From Callorhinchus milii (lineage: Eukaryota), in NCBI RefSeq assembly GCF_018977255.1, contig NW_024704742.1, positions 28,894,001 through 28,958,000 of the forward strand: a stretch of DNA of 64,000 nt, read 5' to 3'. Positions 40,736-52,547 of the stretch are shown piece after piece. The number at the start of each line of letters is the position of its first letter. Position 1 is the first letter of the stretch. The notes beneath the pieces were generated by a model. The model was given only the letters and a program-made list of their open reading frames with translations, was not told the DNA's origin and did no database searches. Both the position numbers and the translations under genes were made by a program.

Positions 40736-43129
40736 AGGTAATATTCGGTGTGCAGTGCTGGAAATGACGTCAGTGATAGCCTGGTGACCTGAAAGAGGGA
40801 TTGTTTTTGTACTCAGACTCATTCTAACATAATGACTAACTTTTTGAATCCAATACATGGGGCATCTATTTGGCTCTAAGTGAGCATTGGAGCAGATGAG
40901 ACATTAATCAGAGGTACCATCTGCTGTTCAGTTGGATGGTAAAGATCCACAGTATTATTCGAATAAAAGGGAGCTTCTCTTGGTTTCTTGGCCAACAATC
41001 ACGCAGATAAAATTGGTAATTCACTTAAATGCTGTTTGTAGGACGTTGCTGGGTGCAAACTGGCTGGCGAGTTTGCCTATGAATATACAGTCACTATACT
41101 TTTCAGTAAAATTCTGTGAAGCACTTTGAGACGTTTCAATGATGTGCATTATATCAAGGATTATTATTATTATCAGTTGGGCTGTCTAATTGTACACAGC
41201 AGGCTCCAAACTAGCAAATGATTTTCCTCATAACACAATTTTGCCACATATTTTGTTCCCCATTGCCAAATACAAAATAGCCATCTATAATAATAATAAT
41301 CCTTGCATTTAATGGAGGATCTTATATGTTTTTTTTTGCACTGTGATAATCATATACATGGACTATCATGTTATTATATGGATTCCTCTGGACTCACTGT
41401 TGTGCTAATGTGCCAAGTGCATGGGGTGGGGGGTGGGTGGACAGTGAACTAAATAAAGCATGGGGTGCATGAGCATAAAATGGCGTTAATTATTCAATTG
41501 TATTAAAGTAGAGACATGTGATGAAATGCCATGAATTTCATTCCAAAATTTACGCTAGGGTTTCCAATTTTCAACTTGAATGTTGCAATAATTAAAAAAC
41601 AATAATTTGGGAACATTGCTGTGTGTAATTGGCTGCCACGTTTCCCCCATAAAATGCACAGTCAATCCACTTTACAGTATATTCCGTGAAGTGCTTAGAG
41701 AGGTTTCAATACCATGATAAAGCTCTATATCAAATATAAGGATTATTATATCAAAATGTACATTTTTGGTTAATTAAAATTAAGTCCATTTGAAGTAGCT
41801 GCAGTAAAGTTTGAGGCACATTTACTCCTCCCTACACAACTCTTCCAGCCAGTAGCTGTGTCCTTGTCACACAGGAGCCCAATGCAGAGTTAACCATGAG
41901 TTGTTGAATGAGGGTTGCTGGAGCATGCTGCGTAGCTGCCACAGGAAAGCTCTAAAGCTCTATTTCAGCTCTTTGGGACGTCCTCCTGACATGAAAGGCG
42001 CTCTATAAATGTAATTTTGTTGTTGTTGTTGTTGTAAAGCTGCCTGTTGGCAACACAGCACAATTCTCAGAGTTGTTCCGTCCTCTCAACTGCCACCTGG
42101 GTCATGTTATGTGAGACATCTGTTCTGGTGACAGTTGCTTCAGGCTATACTCCTGTAGTTGCGGCACTACATAGAACAAAACCTCCACAATTTTTAAAAC
42201 AAATGATTTTTATTATTGTAGATACTGAAGATTTACAATTTACAATTTCACGGTAGCTACCGTTTGTGGAAATATTTCTGCATTTCATACTGTTCGTCTG
42301 CAAAACACACAGTCACCACACTTTACAGCGCTTTGAGACATCCACCCATTGTGAAAGATGTTACATCAGATCTAAGGATTATAATTTTTTTATTTGCTCC
42401 GCAATTTTATTCGAATGAAAGCTTATTCACAAACATCTGTGCTACAACACTCAGGGGTGCAGCATTGCAGGAGGCTGTTGGTGGTGAGACTCAGTGTGAG
42501 AAAACACCTCAGAATCTGCAATGTGCTGAGCTGTGGGGGCTGTGGGGCTTCATATACAGCAGGTCACTCTCAGGAGGACAGTCATTGCTGACACATCTCT
42601 GCCTACCACTGAAACAGTTCATCTTAAAGTGTTCAAGAATAACCCACTCAATTATTTTTTTCAAATAGTTAATTGAATGAAAGCAACTTATTGATAAAAG
42701 AGGTTGTTTTAAACGTCAGGGTTTCAGAGTCGGGCTCAAGTGTGTCACTCTGGTCATTGACAGGCCCACACATCACAGCAATGATTGGACTGAGTGGAGC
42801 CGAAAAAGTCCTCCGCAGTCTGACATGTGTTATAAATTGTCAGCTCACTCCTGGTCAATCCCCAATGTGAATAGGTGGGTCTTAAAAAAGTACTTCACAT
42901 GGGAGTCAGTTTTGTCATTAATAAAGGATATTATCAACTCTCCAAGCAAGCAGAACCTTCACAAGGATTAAAAAGAACATATTTTTGCTTTAGTATAGAA
43001 TAAATTACATTGCACATTTTTAATGACAACACATAGAAATAAACAGCCTTATTTCTATGCCAGAATAGATTGCAATGATCTTTTGCAGTTCTATATGTTC
43101 AAGTGTTCCTATGCAACCGTGCTGCCAGC

Positions 43130-43600
43130 ATCTCCTTTGAGAGAAAAACAATCTTTTGTAAAGTTGCCTTAAGGAACTCGTGCCTAGGCAGGAAGGAAAG
43201 GTATGTGGAAACAAGGGTTGATGAGCTATTGAGGGGGAAGGGAGTTAATCCAGTTATAGTGTTGCATGTGGAGATAAAAAGTATTCTGGGCAAAATCTCA
43301 GAGGATCTATAGAATGAATAGGAAGGGTCGGAGGACAGGTTTAAGGCAAACCTGATAGTATCTGAGTTGCTTCCAGTTTTATCTGATGACTTGGAAAGAA
43401 TGAACAGAGTAATTGACTTCAGTGAGTGATTAGGTAAATGGTGTGCACAAGACAGAATTGAATTTATAATATAACTGCGGATTTTTTTAGGCATAAGGAA
43501 CTTTTACGGGAAGGATGGCTTGCGCATAATTAGACGGAAAGCTAAGCTGTTCGCACAAAATATAAATGCAGTGGTTACAATGCATTTAAAGTGGATTTGA
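43130..43600 (+). mobile_element. CR1 LINE ORF1 (SGNH esterase-like) relic
   Basis: SCLG...RVDELLRGKGVNPVIVLHV and downstream DGL motif resemble the CR1 ORF1 esterase; frameshifted. Confidence 0.65.
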
Positions 43601-43797
43601 AGAGGAAAGCGGATTCTTTAAAAGATAAGCTAAAGCTAAAGCTTGCAGCAGATCAGGTGGCATGGGAGAGGTTGGAGTTCAGGGTGAGGGGAGGGCAAAA
43701 ATACAATGGTAACAAAGGGGGCAAGGAAAGTTGAAGGATAAAATCAAATATAATAATAAATAATCTTTGGATTACATGTATATATATTTTGGTAAAA

Positions 43798-43948
43798 TAT
43801 CTGTTCTTATCAGTTTAATAGCTGAAATGTCCCCTATCTGCGACCATATATTGAATTGATTTTCACAACAGAGAGATGAAATAGGGGTTTGTTGCAACCA
43901 CTCCACTCATCAACCTGGTTTTGCAGTGCCTCCAGGAACAGTACACTT
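43798..43948 (+). pseudogene. RNU2: U2 snRNA pseudogene, 5'-truncated (about U2 nt 37 to 3' end)
   Basis: TATCTGTTCTTATCAGTTTAATAGCTGA...GAGATGAAATAGG...CCACTCCACTCATCAACCTGGTTTTGCAGTGCCTCCAGGAACAGTACAC is collinear with vertebrate U2; the Sm site is degraded and the 5'/branch-pairing region is absent. Confidence 0.92.
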
Positions 43949-44209
43949 CCCTCAGGAGATTTAAAGCAAAGGGCAAAAATAAAGAAATAAACATACACAC
44001 ACGTATATACACACACATTAGTGTTGTGCACTAAAAACATTTTTTTGACTCTGTATGTCTGTCTGCAACAATATTAAAACTAATTTAATTGTGAAAATAA
44101 ATCCTTGCATTTGACTTAGCATCTTTCACATGGGGAGGGTGTCCCAAAGCACCTCAAAAGATTCACTGTAAAGTGTAATGTATTTCTTTTGGGAAAATGT
44201 TTATTTCTG

Positions 44210-44420
44210 ATTGTCTCACATGAACGCAAAGACAATCAGAAATAAGCTTTTAGGGTTCAAATTATGCAGCTAATAAAAGTGGATAATATGATAATCACAG
44301 AAACATGGCTGAGAGAGGAAGCTGTCTATAAGGATCGAGAAAAACAGAAATACGTCCACAGAGGCTGGAAGTAAATGAACAAAGCTGAGTGTTTTATAAA
44401 GAGTTAGCATTAAATCTGGA
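44210..44420 (+). mobile_element. CR1 LINE ORF2 endonuclease N-terminus relic
   Basis: HMNAKTIRNKL...MIITETWLRE matches the APE motifs NARSIRNK / ITETWL. Confidence 0.7.
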
Positions 44421-46759
44421 CTTGTCAATTGAAAATAGATATGTGTGAGTTGCTTGATACAAGATGTCTGCATTTCATTACATAAGACATGTGCACATTA
44501 AGCCAAAATAAATGATTTGACAAAACAGGATGTTATATACTCACTTAACATAATTTTTCGGTAAAAATCACTGAAATTGACTGAGGGATAAAATAGCTCA
44601 TGTCAGTTTGGTGTTTTTATACGCCAGTTTATTTGTGTTCAAATATTTCAAAGGATAATGTCAGGAAGTAAAGATGGGAGAACATGCACTACCTTAGTGA
44701 TGGCGGCAGATGCCATGAGATAAGGAAACTAATTCCCAGATTATTTCACAATCCCCGTTTCTGTTGTTTAACAGGCAGAAATCACAAACAAAATTCCATT
44801 GGAGGCTGCAGCAGGGATGAATGGTTTGGCATCATCATAGTGTTAAGACAACGATATGGCAACAACGCAACAGTTAAGTGACTCCACATCTCTTAAAAGA
44901 AATTCTCAATCTCTTTATGAGAACCAAGTATCCTTTAAATTAATTCTAGCAGAAAGGCCATCCAGTCAAGAAAAGGATATGAGTGGTTTGTTGTTCAGTG
45001 ATTTTGAAGAGCTAGAGAGCTAGTTGCTTCCTACTAATAGTAGAATGTAACATGTTTACCCCAAATGCATTAATGGTATTTCAGCAATGGTCTTAAAACA
45101 GACTTGAATGACAGCAATTACAAATCTGACAGTGGTTTGAACCTCACCCATTAATGAGAGCCAATTAAGGTTTTTAAGGTTTGGTAACACCACACAAAAA
45201 AATGATACTACAGTGACTCCAAATTTGACTCTGAATCCTGCCATTAACACCAATGACTTTACCATTTAATTTCAGGTCTTATATATACAAAGCAATATAA
45301 ATTTACATTCATGAAGCTTTTTTCATATAGAGAAGACGTCCAAAAGCACGTGATAATCCTGGCTTGGCACCCGAAGGAAGGAAGATGACCAAAACACAAA
45401 GAATATTTGTCATGTCCCAGAGACCTTGAACTTGTAGAACTTGACCTTGAACCAATCTCATTTTGCTTTGCTTTGCTTACTCTTTCTGTCTACTCTCACT
45501 TAATTTTACTCTTGGCTCAACTTTTGATAATATGTGCTGACTGCAATGACAATTTTAGTAACATACTATTGAATGCATACTATTAAAGTTCATGGTAAAA
45601 TTATAATGAAAATCTGACAATTTGGCCTGGTTGGTAGCACTCCCATCTCTAGGTCAAAAGGTGGTGTGTTCAAGTTGCATATCAGAACCTCAATCTCACA
45701 GTCTTGGCTGATCCTGCAGTGTACAGTGGAGGAGTATTTCACATTAACCTGACCATCCTTCTTGGGGAGAGGTAAACTGGGTCTCTTGGACTTGAGCCTT
45801 CTCCAAAGTGATGTGCTTGGCAACAGCACATTGCTAATGAGTCGGTTGCAGTCTCAGGAGTCCAGTTCCTGTGCCAAGCGTGTTGACAGGGTGGTGCTGA
45901 TGACAGACCAGCCAGTGTGACTCATCAGTAGGACTTGGAGGAGCAGACCAGTGAGGAGGAGCAGGGATTTTTCCCATCATCTCCTGTTAATCATGCAAAC
46001 ACAAACATAATGAGTAGAGTGGTCCTAACTGGACAAGCCGTGGAAAGCTTGCCAGACACTGCTTTCAATAGGAGGTTTTGCGGTTTTAGATGGTTAAACT
46101 CTTCAAACTGGGCTCCCTGAACCTTGGCTCTTGTCAAACTGGTCATGGATGTTGGTGGGACATTGCTGTGTGCAAATTGGCCTACTAAATGCGCAATCAT
46201 TACACTTTATGGTAAATCCAGTAAAACATAGCAATGTCCCATAAATAGCCAAGTTATGAATGAGCCATTTTATCTGGAAGATTGTTTACTAGGACACCTG
46301 GAGAAAATCCCTTCTCTTTTTGGATAGCACCATGGGATCCTTAACATCACCTGGACAAGCAAACCAGACGAATTCCCAATCATAGTGTGCATCTGGCCTA
46401 TTTTTGTTAGTGCCAGAACAAATATCGGAACTGGTTGGGGAATGAATGGAAACATTTTGGGTGTAGTTCAATCTTTATGTCTTTATGTCAATCTTAACAC
46501 AAGGTGTGTTAAGTAATTGGTCCTACTTATGAAATTTGCCAGTGTGTCTCACCGTATTTTTGATCAAGTGTGAGAGCACCTTAGCAATTACAGTGGCTAC
46601 ACAACAGATGCAAAGCCAATGCTAAAAAGATTCATATTAAAGGCAGAAAAATGTATCCTTTGGACTGCTTTGAATTTCTTAATGTCAAGAATGAATCAAC
46701 AGGATCAGAAACTATTTTCTCTACTGGTGGGAATAAAATTGCCAGCAGAGGCATGGGTA

Positions 46760-47545
46760 CAACAAACAACAACAATATTACATTTATAGAGCGCCTTTCA
46801 CGTCGGGAGGACGTCCCAAAGCGCTGAACAGTCAGAGGTCAGGGCCCAAGCATGGGGGAGAGGTGGTGTAGGAGTAAGGGGAGGCACCGATGTGGGAGGG
46901 AGTCGAAGAGAAGGGTTTTGAGACCAGCCTTGAAGGAGGCAAGGGAGGAAACAAGGCAAAGGGACCGTGGGATGGAGTTCCAGAGTGTGGGGGCAGAGAG
47001 GCTGAAATATACCGATGGTAGGGCGGATAGGGCAGGAGACATGGAGCAGGCCAGAGCTTGATGAATGGAGGGAGCGGGCAGGTTGGTAGGGAGTCAGCAG
47101 GCCAGAGAGGTCGGAGGGGGCAAGGCCATGGATGGCCTTAAAGGTGAGGACGAGGATCTTGAACTCGATCCTCTGGGGGATGGAGAGCCAGTGGAGTCGG
47201 GCGAGGGTGGGAGTGATGGGGTCATGGAGCCTGGTGTGTGAGAATACATGAGCTGCAGAGTTTTGGATGATCTGCAACTTGTGAAGGGAAGAGTTGGGAA
47301 GGCCGATGAGGAGATAGTTCCCGTAATCAAGCCTTGAGGTGACGAATGCATGGGTGAGGGTTTGGCAGCCTGAGGGGTGAGGCAGTGGTGGAGTCTGGCA
47401 ATGTTGCGGAAATGGTGGTAGGCAGTGCCGGTCATGGTGCAGATGTGGGGGAGAAAGGACAGTTCAGGGTCAAACAAGACACCCCGGTTCCTGACTGCTT
47501 AGTGAGGTTGAGTGTGCAGCCATGAAGGCTAATACTGCCAACGCC
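46760..47545 (-). mobile_element. L2 3' fragment
   Basis: QIIQNSAAHV...LHWLSIPQRIEFKILVLTFKA; tail GGACGTCCTCCCGACGTGAAAGGCGC...(TTG)n. Confidence 0.92.
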
Positions 47546-48583
47546 GGTATGAGTGGAAGGACACAATACCATCAGATGGTTTTCCTCACTATCAGAGAAG
47601 TATTGGGAAAGCGGGATTGTGGAGACGTTGGGGTATTTGGGATATTTGGACTTTTATAAATAAGTAAACTTTGCATTTCATACAGCACCTATTATATTGA
47701 AATGCGTCACAGATAGTAACTGAGTAGTAATTTAGCTGTCAGCTTGGCACAGTTGGTAGCACTCTTGCCCTATTTGAGTGAATTCAGTTCAATGCTACTT
47801 TGGAAGGTGCAGTGAAAATGACACAGACAGGTGTAGTTTATTCTAAGTAAATACGGCAGACATTCTGCACACAGCAAGGTCCTCAAAACAGCAATGAGAA
47901 TAATCAATTTTATCTGGGGGGATTGTAAGACAGGAAGGTAAATTCCCTTCTCTTTTTCAAATAGAGCCATGGAATCTTTCAAGTCTAGGTAATGAACAGG
48001 CAAATGGGACCTCTGTTTAACATCCCATCTGAACAATGGCACCTCTGGCAACTCACTTCTCCCCTAATACTGCGCTAGAATGTCAGCCTAGACTACCAGC
48101 TCCAGTCCTGATGGGGTTTGAACCTACAACCTTCTGATGCAACAATGAATGAATGGCAGCTTGACAAAGGACAAAAAGCAGTCACGACTAGTGTCTTTAT
48201 TTTGCCCATCATTTGCATACCGCATAGGTTGTCAGTATGGTACCCATTCAATTATGGATGGTATTGTCATGTTGCAATATGAATGACAGCCCGGTCTGAC
48301 TTTACTGTGTCATCTCATTTTAACTGGAGGTTCCCATTGTGTGAAACACAAACGGTCATTGTTCTCTCCATTCTGCAAACATACAAACTCATTCTGCAGG
48401 CCTAGCATAAATGTACTCTGAACATTTGGGAAAGTGGGAGTATACTGCTTCTATCTAAAGCAAATTGAAAAGAATATACAAGGATGACAATAGGTTTAAC
48501 ATATTCCAAAATTGTGCCAATGTGATTTCATATGAACCGCAAAAAATTATAGCATAGTCCTGTTTACTTATCATTTTTCTGTT

Positions 48584-48850
48584 TCCCATGTATCTGTCCT
48601 TTCCCCATACACCCATAGTTTACTCCCTTCTTTTAAAACTAATATGAATTCTGCTTCAACCACCGTTCCCAGTAGGACATTCCATATCCTAATTACTCTG
48701 GGTGAAAAAAAATTCTTCTAACCTTCCCATTTGCTTGTTTACTAATTATCTTAAATAGTACTGAACGGATTGCTCTTAAAAGAGTCAGCACAGACACAAT
48801 GAGATGAATGACCTTTGTATGTGTTGTAATTTTCTCTGGTTCTAATGTTC
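48584..48850. mobile_element. CR1 3' fragment with inverted 5' portion
   Basis: 48584-48756 is antisense (FFTQRVIRIWN region) and 48760-48850 is sense 3' UTR. Confidence 0.75.
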
Positions 48851-49167
48851 TGCAATAATTTAGTTGCTAAATTCAGGAGCTTATCCTCAAAATTGCCAAA
48901 GAAGACAGCTGCGTGCTTAAAAACAAGCAATGAAAATTTGAAAGTTTATATAAGCAAAAGGATAGTGTTCATCAAAAATGTTTGCTGTATGTTATTATAT
49001 AAATCACTTGGTCAGAAACCAAGACATCAAAGGGAATCTAAGTTATAAAGAAAACTCATGGAAGTCGGGCTTGTTTCTTTAGGACAGGGGTGACTGCTGA
49101 CTGACCTGATTGAAGTTTTGAAGATTATGAAAGGGATTCATAAGGTTGATCTGGCAAATTGTTCACT

Positions 49168-50070
49168 ATCATAGAATCATACAACTATACAGCACAGAAG
49201 GAGGCCATTCGGGCAATCATGTCTGTGCCGGTTCTTTGAAAAAGAGCTATCCAAATCAAACCCATTCTCCCGCGCTCTCCCCATAGACCTGCAAACTTGT
49301 CCTTCCCAAATAATTATCTACTTCTCTCTTAAAAGTTGTTATTGAATCGGCTTTCATCACCCTTTCAGGCAATGCATTCCAGATCTGAACAACTCGCTGT
49401 GAAAAAATTTCTCCTCACCTCCCCTCTGTTTCTTTTAACAGCTATTTTAAATCAGAGTTCTCAGATTACCGACCCACCTGCTAGTGGAAATAGTTTCTCC
49501 TTGTTCACCCTATCGAATCCCCTCATAATTTTGAAAACTTCTATTAAGTCTCCTCTTAACCTTCTTTGCTCCAAGGAGAATAATCCGAGCTTCTCCTAAT
49601 AACTGAAGTCCCTCATTCCTGGTCGCATTCTGGTAAATCTCCTTTTCACCCTCTCCAATGCCTTGACAGCCTTCCTAAGGTGTGGTGCCCAGAACTGAAC
49701 ACAGTACTCTAACTGAGGTCTAACCAGTGTTTTATAAAGGTTCATCATAAGTTCCTGACTTTTGTATTCTATGCCCCTATTTATAAAGCCTAATATCCCA
49801 TATGCTTTCTTAACAGCTTTATCTACCTGTCCTGCCACCTTCAAAGATTTACTTGTATAAACCCCAGATCTCTCTGTTGCTTGAGCCCCTTTAACATTTT
49901 ACCATTTTTTCTAGCTTATTTTGCCTCTCCTCAGACTTCCTCCCAAAATCATCCCTTTGCATTTCTCTACATTAAACTTTATCTGCCATGTGTCTGCCCA
50001 TTTTACCAATCTGTCTATGTCCCTATGCAGTCTGCTACTATTCTCCTCAATGTTTACTACTTTTCCTAGC
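49168..50070 (-). mobile_element. CR1 LINE 3' 0.9 kb
   Basis: WADTWQIKFNVEKCK, LYKTLVRPQLEYCVQFWAP; ATTCTATG-type tail. Confidence 0.95.
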
Positions 50071-50419
50071 TTAGGATCATATATGCCTAATAATAATCGC
50101 TCCAAAACAAAATTACTAACGGCACTCAAGCGGCAGCAAGACGGGCTCTTGAACAGAGAAGTGTTTGAGGGATGTTATGAGATAGTGACGTTGAGAACTA
50201 CAATCAGGGTTGAGTCTAAGGTTCAATGGCCTTTTTCTGTGCCAACATGTTTTTATGTACAGGTAAATATAAATGCTAGCTACATTCTGAATAGTGCTGG
50301 GTTAAGTTATCCACACATATTCCACTATTTGACGCAACTTGTGGAATTCCAACAGATTTGCTTGCACTCCACAATAACATTCAGACATGACAACAACGAC
50401 AACAATTGACATTCATTGA

Positions 50420-50785
50420 GCCCTGTAGCTCAGTGGTTAGAGCACTCGCCTTGCAACGAGAGGACCTGGGTTTGATTCCCTGACAGGCGACTTGTTGGGG
50501 AAGTTTCCTTACTCCACACACCTCTGCGTACCCAGCAGTAAGTAGCAACCCAGTTTTTAGTTGACTGGTGGATCGCTTTTCTGTGGATAATAATTCCTTC
50601 CAAAAAAAATGTGGTCACTCAATCCACGACTGTTTGTAGGACACTGCTGTGTGCAATTGGCTGCCGCATTTTGCCCACATAATATCCAGGCAAATTCACT
50701 TTACAGTTTATTCTGTGAAGCTCTTTGAGACATATTGAAAACGTGCTGAAGTGCTATATCAAATGCAAAGATGATTATTATTATT
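50420..50785 (+). mobile_element. tRNA-derived SINE, long subfamily
   Basis: CCTGTAGCTCAGTGGTTAGAGCACTCGCCTTGCAA head, ATT tail. Confidence 0.9.
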
Positions 50786-51159
50786 GTGTCGGGAGAACAT
50801 CTCAAAGTACTTTACACAGCTAACTAGGCATCCAAGCTGGACAAGTTGTGGCACAGGGGATATTTTGAGCCAGGCACAGCTGACAATAAATGGATTTTAG
50901 TTAAAATAAATAAAAGACATTGCTGTGCACAGCTGGCTGCTGCATCTCCCACACAAAATACACAGTCACTCTACTTTACAGTATATCCTGTGAAGCGTTT
51001 TGAGATGTCTCGGCAACACGAGAGGCTCTATATCAAATGCAAGCATTATTATTATTATTATTTTATGGATTAAGATGGAAATTCACCATTGTCGATTAAA
51101 AGATTGATCAAGATTTTTTTCGCCAACAATGTTTAAAGCATCAAAACACACTAGGCTCA

Positions 51160-51172
51160 TGCTTGGTCAGCA
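51160..51172. promoter_or_regulatory. Candidate ARE/MARE (NRF2-sMAF site)
   Basis: TGCTTGGTCAGCA; the minus strand reads TGCTGACCAAGCA, containing the TGACnnnGCA core; ~1.05 kb upstream of the ATG. Confidence 0.45.
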
Positions 51173-51365
51173 AAGGCTAAAAATGCACTCAGATAAAACA
51201 AAAACAAATTGCCAAAACACTTCTGTTTCATTAAGACAGGAACCAAAATGTGAAAACAAAATCGATGCAATGTGCGAATTCCTTCCCCTTAGGCAATGAA
51301 TTTGTACTTCTGTGGGTTGAGATTTATTCTCTCGTGTTTTATATTCATGGGGATGTGTTTTTTTA

Positions 51366-51424
51366 GTGTCTGTGGTGTGTGTGGTGTGTGGTGTGTGTGG
51401 TGTGTGGTGTGTGTGTGTGTGTGG
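51366..51424. repeat. TG/TGG compound microsatellite
   Basis: tgtggtgtgtgtggtgtgtggtgtgtgtgg... directly visible. Confidence 0.9.
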
Positions 51425-51519
51425 AGAGAGTGGAAGTTTGTTAAAGAGGTCTGAGGTTGCTCTAACGATACAGATCTGGTCAAGTGTTGAGTGTTCAGTG
51501 CAGGTCGTTCTTCTATGGA

Positions 51520-51594
51520 TGATGCAAGAGATCCCAAGTAAGTCGCATGAGCCCAAGTTTTTGTTTGCCTGGAGGTGAACACAGGAGCGGGCGG
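51520..51594 (+). promoter_or_regulatory. Candidate promoter: AARE/CARE (ATF4) and GC box
   Basis: TGATGCAAG at 51520-51528 fits TGATGxAAx; degenerate inverted copy GTCGCATGA at 51542-51550; GGGCGG at 51589-51594. Confidence 0.5.
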
Positions 51595-51699
51595 GACCTG
51601 CTCAGTACTTTGAGGAGGTTTCCAAACAGCAGTCAGTGCAGTCTCGCACACATGAGGCAGCAACAGGTGAGATGGACATCAGATACAATCCAACTTAAA

Positions 51700-51966
51700 A
51701 CACACACCAGCACCACCACCACCACACACACAGGGACTCACTCACTCACTTCACTCACTTCACTCACTGAAGGCAAAGCAAAAATCCAGGGCTTGAGATC
51801 AGTCAGTGACAGACACACAGACTGACACACAGACAGACACAGACAGACAGACAGACACAGACAGACTGACACACAAACTGACACACAGACAGACACAGAC
51901 AGACACACAGACAGACAGACAGACAGACACAGACAGACTGACACACAAACTGACACACAGACAGAC

Positions 51967-52017
<51 letters not shown>

Positions 52018-52080
52018 CAGACAGACTGACACACAAACTGACACACAGACAGACACAGACAGACAGACAGACAGACACAG
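51700..52080. repeat. Compound microsatellite: (CAC)n, (TCAC)n, then ACAG/ACAC higher-order array
   Basis: (ACAG)n interspersed with the recurring block AGACTGACACACAAACTGACACACAG (three copies near 51863, 51935, 52023). Confidence 0.95.
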
Positions 52081-52149
52081 AAAAAAAACATCAAAGAAGA
52101 CCACGTTTGGTGAATCAGTTAACATTGAAAGGCAGAAAGAAACCCACTG

Positions 52150-52213
52150 CCTCCCTCCTCCTCCCTCCTCCTCCTCCTCCCTCCTTCCTCCCTCTCCCTC
52201 CTCCTCCTCCTCC
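52150..52213. repeat. (CCT)n pyrimidine tract immediately 5' of the ATG
   Basis: ctccctcctcctccctcctcctcc... directly visible. Confidence 0.9.
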
Positions 52214-52217
52214 ACCG

Positions 52218-52497
52218 ATGCCCACCGGCCCCGAACCCACCCTCCCCGCAGGGGGTCCCCGCAAAGGTGATGCCAACCGCTTCCCTGCGCCCACGGACTT
52301 GCCCGAGTCCGGCAGAGTCCCCCGGAACAAGGTGATGCTGAAGAAGAAAGTGACTCTGCTGAGAGGAATCTCCATGATCATCGGGACGATCATCGGCGCC
52401 GGCATCTTCATCTCCCCCAAGGGCATCCTGCAGCACACCGGCACCGTGGGCGCGTCCCTGGCCATGTGGGCGGCGTGCGGCGTCCTGTCGCTCTTCG
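52218..52497 (+). CDS. SLC7A11: Cystine/glutamate antiporter xCT, first coding exon (93 codons + 1 nt, phase-1 intron follows)
   Basis: Translation MPTGPEPT...KVMLKKKVTLLRGISMIIGTIIGAGIFISPKGILQHTGTVGASLAMWAACGVLSLF(G) matches the xCT TM1-TM2 signature (KVTLLRG.S.IIGTIIGAGIFISPKG). It ends at a canonical donor G|GTGAGT (52497/52498) and is CpG-rich. The start ATG at 52218 is inferred as the first in-frame ATG. Confidence 0.93.
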
Positions 52498-52547
52498 GTG
52501 AGTGGCGCTCACTTTTGGCTCCTAAACTTCGGACCTTAGTCTTAGCG

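Noticed and set aside
50420..50485. tRNA-Ala(TGC)-like gene
   Set aside because: It is the head of a SINE, continuous with SINE body and tail; the same applies to the other copies.
51652..52252. Alternative upstream coding exon (donor CAG|GTGAGA at 51666, acceptor CCCCGCAG| at 52251)
   Set aside because: Splicing would place the 51652 ATG out of frame with xCT; no other support.
51738..52270. ORFs rich in CLSV / TDRQ
   Set aside because: Translations of the ACAG microsatellite.
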